Below, one piece after another: positions 61,196 to 64,000 of a DNA stretch of 64,000 bases. This DNA is from Blepharisma stoltei ATCC 30299. Lineage: Eukaryota; Protista; Ciliophora. The notes beneath the pieces were generated by a model that worked only from the letters and a program-made list of their open reading frames with translations, ran no database searches and was not told the DNA's origin. Within the stretch, counting starts at the first letter, position 1; each line of letters begins with the position of its first letter. The stretch lies in NCBI GenBank assembly GCA_965603825.1, contig CBFDEM010000053.1, forward strand, positions 1 to 64,000, read 5' to 3'. A program made the position numbers and the translations under genes.

Positions 61196-61537
61196 ATGGA
61201 TTTACTTAAAAAACTAAGCACAATATCAGAGGCTGACTCCGGGCAAGAGCACAGTCCTGGATTATCTCCACAAGGGTCTCAATTAACTGTAAAGAGCCGT
61301 AAAACTGTCGAAAATTTTCTATCTCTAATATCCGAAGAAGAGCAAGAAATCGATCCACCTTCACCTCATGAAGGCAAAATTACTACGACTTCTATAAATA
61401 AAATTTCTATCGAGCGACTCTCAGAGCCAAACCAAATTATAAAGATAATTAAAATCGAGGAAGAAAGTATGGAGCCTTTGGTTAACTCGAAAATAATTCA
61501 TAACAACAACTGCTCCTGTACATGTTCTGTATTTTAA
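61196..61537 (+). CDS. 113-aa low-complexity protein with C-terminal CaaX (CSCTCSVF)
   Basis: Intact ATG..TAA ORF with a prenylation-type ending. Confidence 0.7.
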   Translation: MDLLKKLSTISEADSGQEHSPGLSPQGSQLTVKSRKTVENFLSLISEEEQEIDPPSPHEGKITTTSINKISIERLSEPNQIIKIIKIEEESMEPLVNSKIIHNNNCSCTCSVF

Positions 61538-61884
61538 TTACTATTCAAGCAATTTTTAACTTATTTATTCAGCTTTTAACATATAGCCAGATTATGCAGA
61601 GTTAATTAGGCAAGTAAGTCATTTTTACTCTGAACTAATGGCCTTGCGGACCTTTTATCTGCTGCCCTTTATCAGGCACCAAGAAGATTTCCATTAGATG
61701 GGTTTGATTATTTGCCTAGCCCTAAACATATGGCGCGTTGTGGCCACTTTTCTACCTAAATGTATCCATCTTGATAATGTCAAGCAATCAAATTATCTTC
61801 CCTAAATTTAAAAAACCCACCCATTATATTGAAATAATGCGAAAACATAAATGCTTCAGATAGAACATAATATTTCTTATAAAT

Positions 61885-63183
61885 ATGGGATACGGACCGT
61901 CAGGTGTGTATATCCTTGATATGAAAGGAAAAACCATCATCCACCGTGCATATCGTCGCGATGCACCTGCTTCTACAACAGTAAGCGACAGATTCACCCG
62001 GTTAGTTCTGGAAGCTGAAGAAGAAAACATCAAGCCAGTTTTCCTTCACAATGACATCAACTACATGTGGATCCGCTACAACAATTTATTCATCGTCGGT
62101 ACCAGTGCCTTAAATGCAAATGCTATGATGGTCTTTGCATTCCTCTATAAGCTGGCTGAAGTCCTAACTCACTATTTCCGAGAGCTTGAAGAAGAAAGCA
62201 TAAAGGACAACTTTGTAGTGACTTATGAGTTATTAGATGAAATGATTGATAATGGGTACCCACAAACAACTGAATATAAAGTCCTCAGAGAATATATAAA
62301 AAGCGAGTCGCATAGGCTGCAGCAGGAAGAAGAACAGCAAGCAGTTGTCCCTATTTCTGTTTCGAATGCAGTATCATGGAGAAGTGAAGGAATCAAATAT
62401 AAGAAGAACGAAGTTTTTCTTGATGTGATTGAAAGATTGAACTTATTGGTCGCTTCGAATGGAAATGTGCTGAGATCAGAAATATTAGGGGTGCTAAAAA
62501 TGAGGACTTTGCTGTCGGGGATGCCAGAACTAAAATTGGGGCTTAATGATAAACTGTTGTTTGAAGCGACAGGGAGACAGACAAGAGGAAAAGCTATTGA
62601 ATTAGAAGATATTAAGTTTCATCAATGTGTAAGGTTAGCAAGGTTCGAAAATGATAGGACAATCAGCTTCATCCCTCCAGATGGAGAATTTGAACTGATG
62701 TCATATAGGCTAAACACTCATGTAAAACCATTAATTTGGGTTGAAAGCAGAGTTGAGCATTTAAGCAGCTCAAAGCTAGAACTTGTGGTAAAAGCTAAAA
62801 GTCAGTTTAAGACAAGATCAATTGCAAATAATGTCCAAATTTTGATTCCAGTTCCAAATGATGCAGCATCACCTAATTTCAAAACTACAATTGGACTTGT
62901 GAAATACGATCCTACTCAAGATTCAATTGTCTGGACACTAAAACAATTCCAAGGACAAAAAGAATATATGCTAAGGGCTTCATTCACTTTGCCAAGTGTC
63001 GCTAGTGAAGACCGAAACAGATTCCAAAAAATTCCAATAAGACTTATTTTTGAAATTCCTTATTTCACTGTATCAGGAATCCAAGTCAGATACTTAAAAA
63101 TCATAGAAAAATCAGGCTACCAAGCATTGCCATGGGTAAGGTATATAACCCAAAATGGAGATTATCAAATAAGGATGCTTTAA
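61885..63183 (+). CDS. AP1M: AP-1 adaptor complex mu subunit (432 aa)
   Basis: LEEESIKDNFVVTYELLDEMIDNGYPQTTE, VSWRSEGIKYKKNEVFLDVIE, FHQCVRL..FENDRTISFIPPDGEFELMSYRL and YQALPWVRYITQNGDYQIR motifs. Confidence 0.97.
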   Translation: MGYGPSGVYILDMKGKTIIHRAYRRDAPASTTVSDRFTRLVLEAEEENIKPVFLHNDINYMWIRYNNLFIVGTSALNANAMMVFAFLYKLAEVLTHYFRELEEESIKDNFVVTYELLDEMIDNGYPQTTEYKVLREYIKSESHRLQQEEEQQAVVPISVSNAVSWRSEGIKYKKNEVFLDVIERLNLLVASNGNVLRSEILGVLKMRTLLSGMPELKLGLNDKLLFEATGRQTRGKAIELEDIKFHQCVRLARFENDRTISFIPPDGEFELMSYRLNTHVKPLIWVESRVEHLSSSKLELVVKAKSQFKTRSIANNVQILIPVPNDAASPNFKTTIGLVKYDPTQDSIVWTLKQFQGQKEYMLRASFTLPSVASEDRNRFQKIPIRLIFEIPYFTVSGIQVRYLKIIEKSGYQALPWVRYITQNGDYQIRML

Positions 63184-63303
63184 GCCATAATATTACCATT
63201 CTTTAAGATATAAAAATTGGTACTTCATAAAATGATTAATTTGATTACCTATTAATTTATTTCAAGTATTTCTTTATTTATTAAGCCAATTAACCCCAAA
63301 GAT

Positions 63304-63837
63304 TTAACTTACTGTGAAGCTGAGCATCATGCGGACAATGGCACCGAAGTTTTGGCCAGCAATGATGTATTGCTTGTTCTTGAATGCGTTGGTCATTTGG
63401 TCGAGATCTGTAGAGATTGCTGATTTGTGGGTGAAATATCTGACCATAATCTCACTGAAAGTTTGTGGGTCTGAAAGGGCCTCAATCTTTTCGATCAAAA
63501 TAGGGAGTTTGCAGGAGTTGGAAACTGTTTCGAATTGAGTGTTGAATAGGGTTAGAACAGCTGGAACGTCGTTGCAGGCTGTAAAATTGAAAAATGCGCA
63601 CTTGACGACCATTTGGGAGACTGCTTCAAAAGCAGGGTGAAGTTTGGCAGTGTTGTTGTAGCAGGCTGAGAGTGGGGTGAGTTTGCTTTGAAGTCCTTGT
63701 GCAACTCCCAAGGTGAAGTTTCCAACGGCTTTAAATGGGTTCACTAGGGTTGTGTCTGCAGCAAGTCCAGATTCTGCTGGGTTTTCGAAGCTCTGAGCAC
63801 CGAATGCGAACAGAACAATTAAGACAACAAATTTCAT
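63304..63837 (-). CDS. 177-aa secreted helical Cys-containing protein of unknown function
   Basis: Signal peptide MKFVVLIVLFAFGAQS, intact ORF, four Cys. Confidence 0.8.
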   Translation of the reverse strand: MKFVVLIVLFAFGAQSFENPAESGLAADTTLVNPFKAVGNFTLGVAQGLQSKLTPLSACYNNTAKLHPAFEAVSQMVVKCAFFNFTACNDVPAVLTLFNTQFETVSNSCKLPILIEKIEALSDPQTFSEIMVRYFTHKSAISTDLDQMTNAFKNKQYIIAGQNFGAIVRMMLSFTVS

Positions 63838-64000
63838 TTATTATTAGTTGAATAAAATATGAATCTAAAATCGAGGGTTAGGGAGACTTAGGCAGGGGAA
63901 GATATTTATTAAAATAACATTGATAAATTAGCTTAAATTAAATTATAGGAGCCAATTCATGGTGGCTAATTTTTATATTGGGATTCTATTATGCAAGGAA

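Noticed and set aside
61715-61732. CCCTAAACA as a telomerase RNA template
   Set aside because: It does not match CCCTAACA, lacks the ~1.5-repeat template redundancy, and has no other support.
3507-64000. Transposons, IESs, tRNA or rRNA genes
   Set aside because: No transposase ORF, terminal inverted repeats, gene-interrupting TA-bounded insert or recognisable structural RNA was seen by eye; a covariance-model scan was not possible.

Overview
End of a heterotrich ciliate macronuclear chromosome, most likely Blepharisma. Three signs point there: about 3.5 kb of (CCCTAACA)n telomere, UGA read as Trp (the Rab WDTAGQE motif is written TGA-GAC-ACA-GCA-GGA-CAA-GAA, and every reconstructed gene ends in TAA or TAG), and 15-nt GTAA...AG introns. 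The supplied ORF track uses the standard code, so it fragments most genes; the models here were rebuilt by hand with UGA=Trp and six inferred introns. The subtelomeric ~37 kb holds three giant cell-surface/receptor-like genes: two paralogous LNR + beta-helix + multi-TM proteins and a ~4080-aa beta-sandwich/furin-like Cys-rich protein. It also holds a Kelch-like gene and decayed relics. The remaining ~27 kb is densely packed with housekeeping and signalling genes. Main finding: an ornithine decarboxylase antizyme gene (49168-49669, minus) keeps the canonical +1 frameshift site (TGT TTT TGA TGT CCC) although UGA is not a stop in this genome. It lies head-to-head with a P5B-type (ATP13A2-like, polyamine-transport class) ATPase that has a similar acidic out-of-frame 5' ORF, and an SLC18B1-like MFS transporter lies 6 kb away. 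Together these form a candidate polyamine-sensing recoding module. All family assignments come from motif recognition, not database searches.
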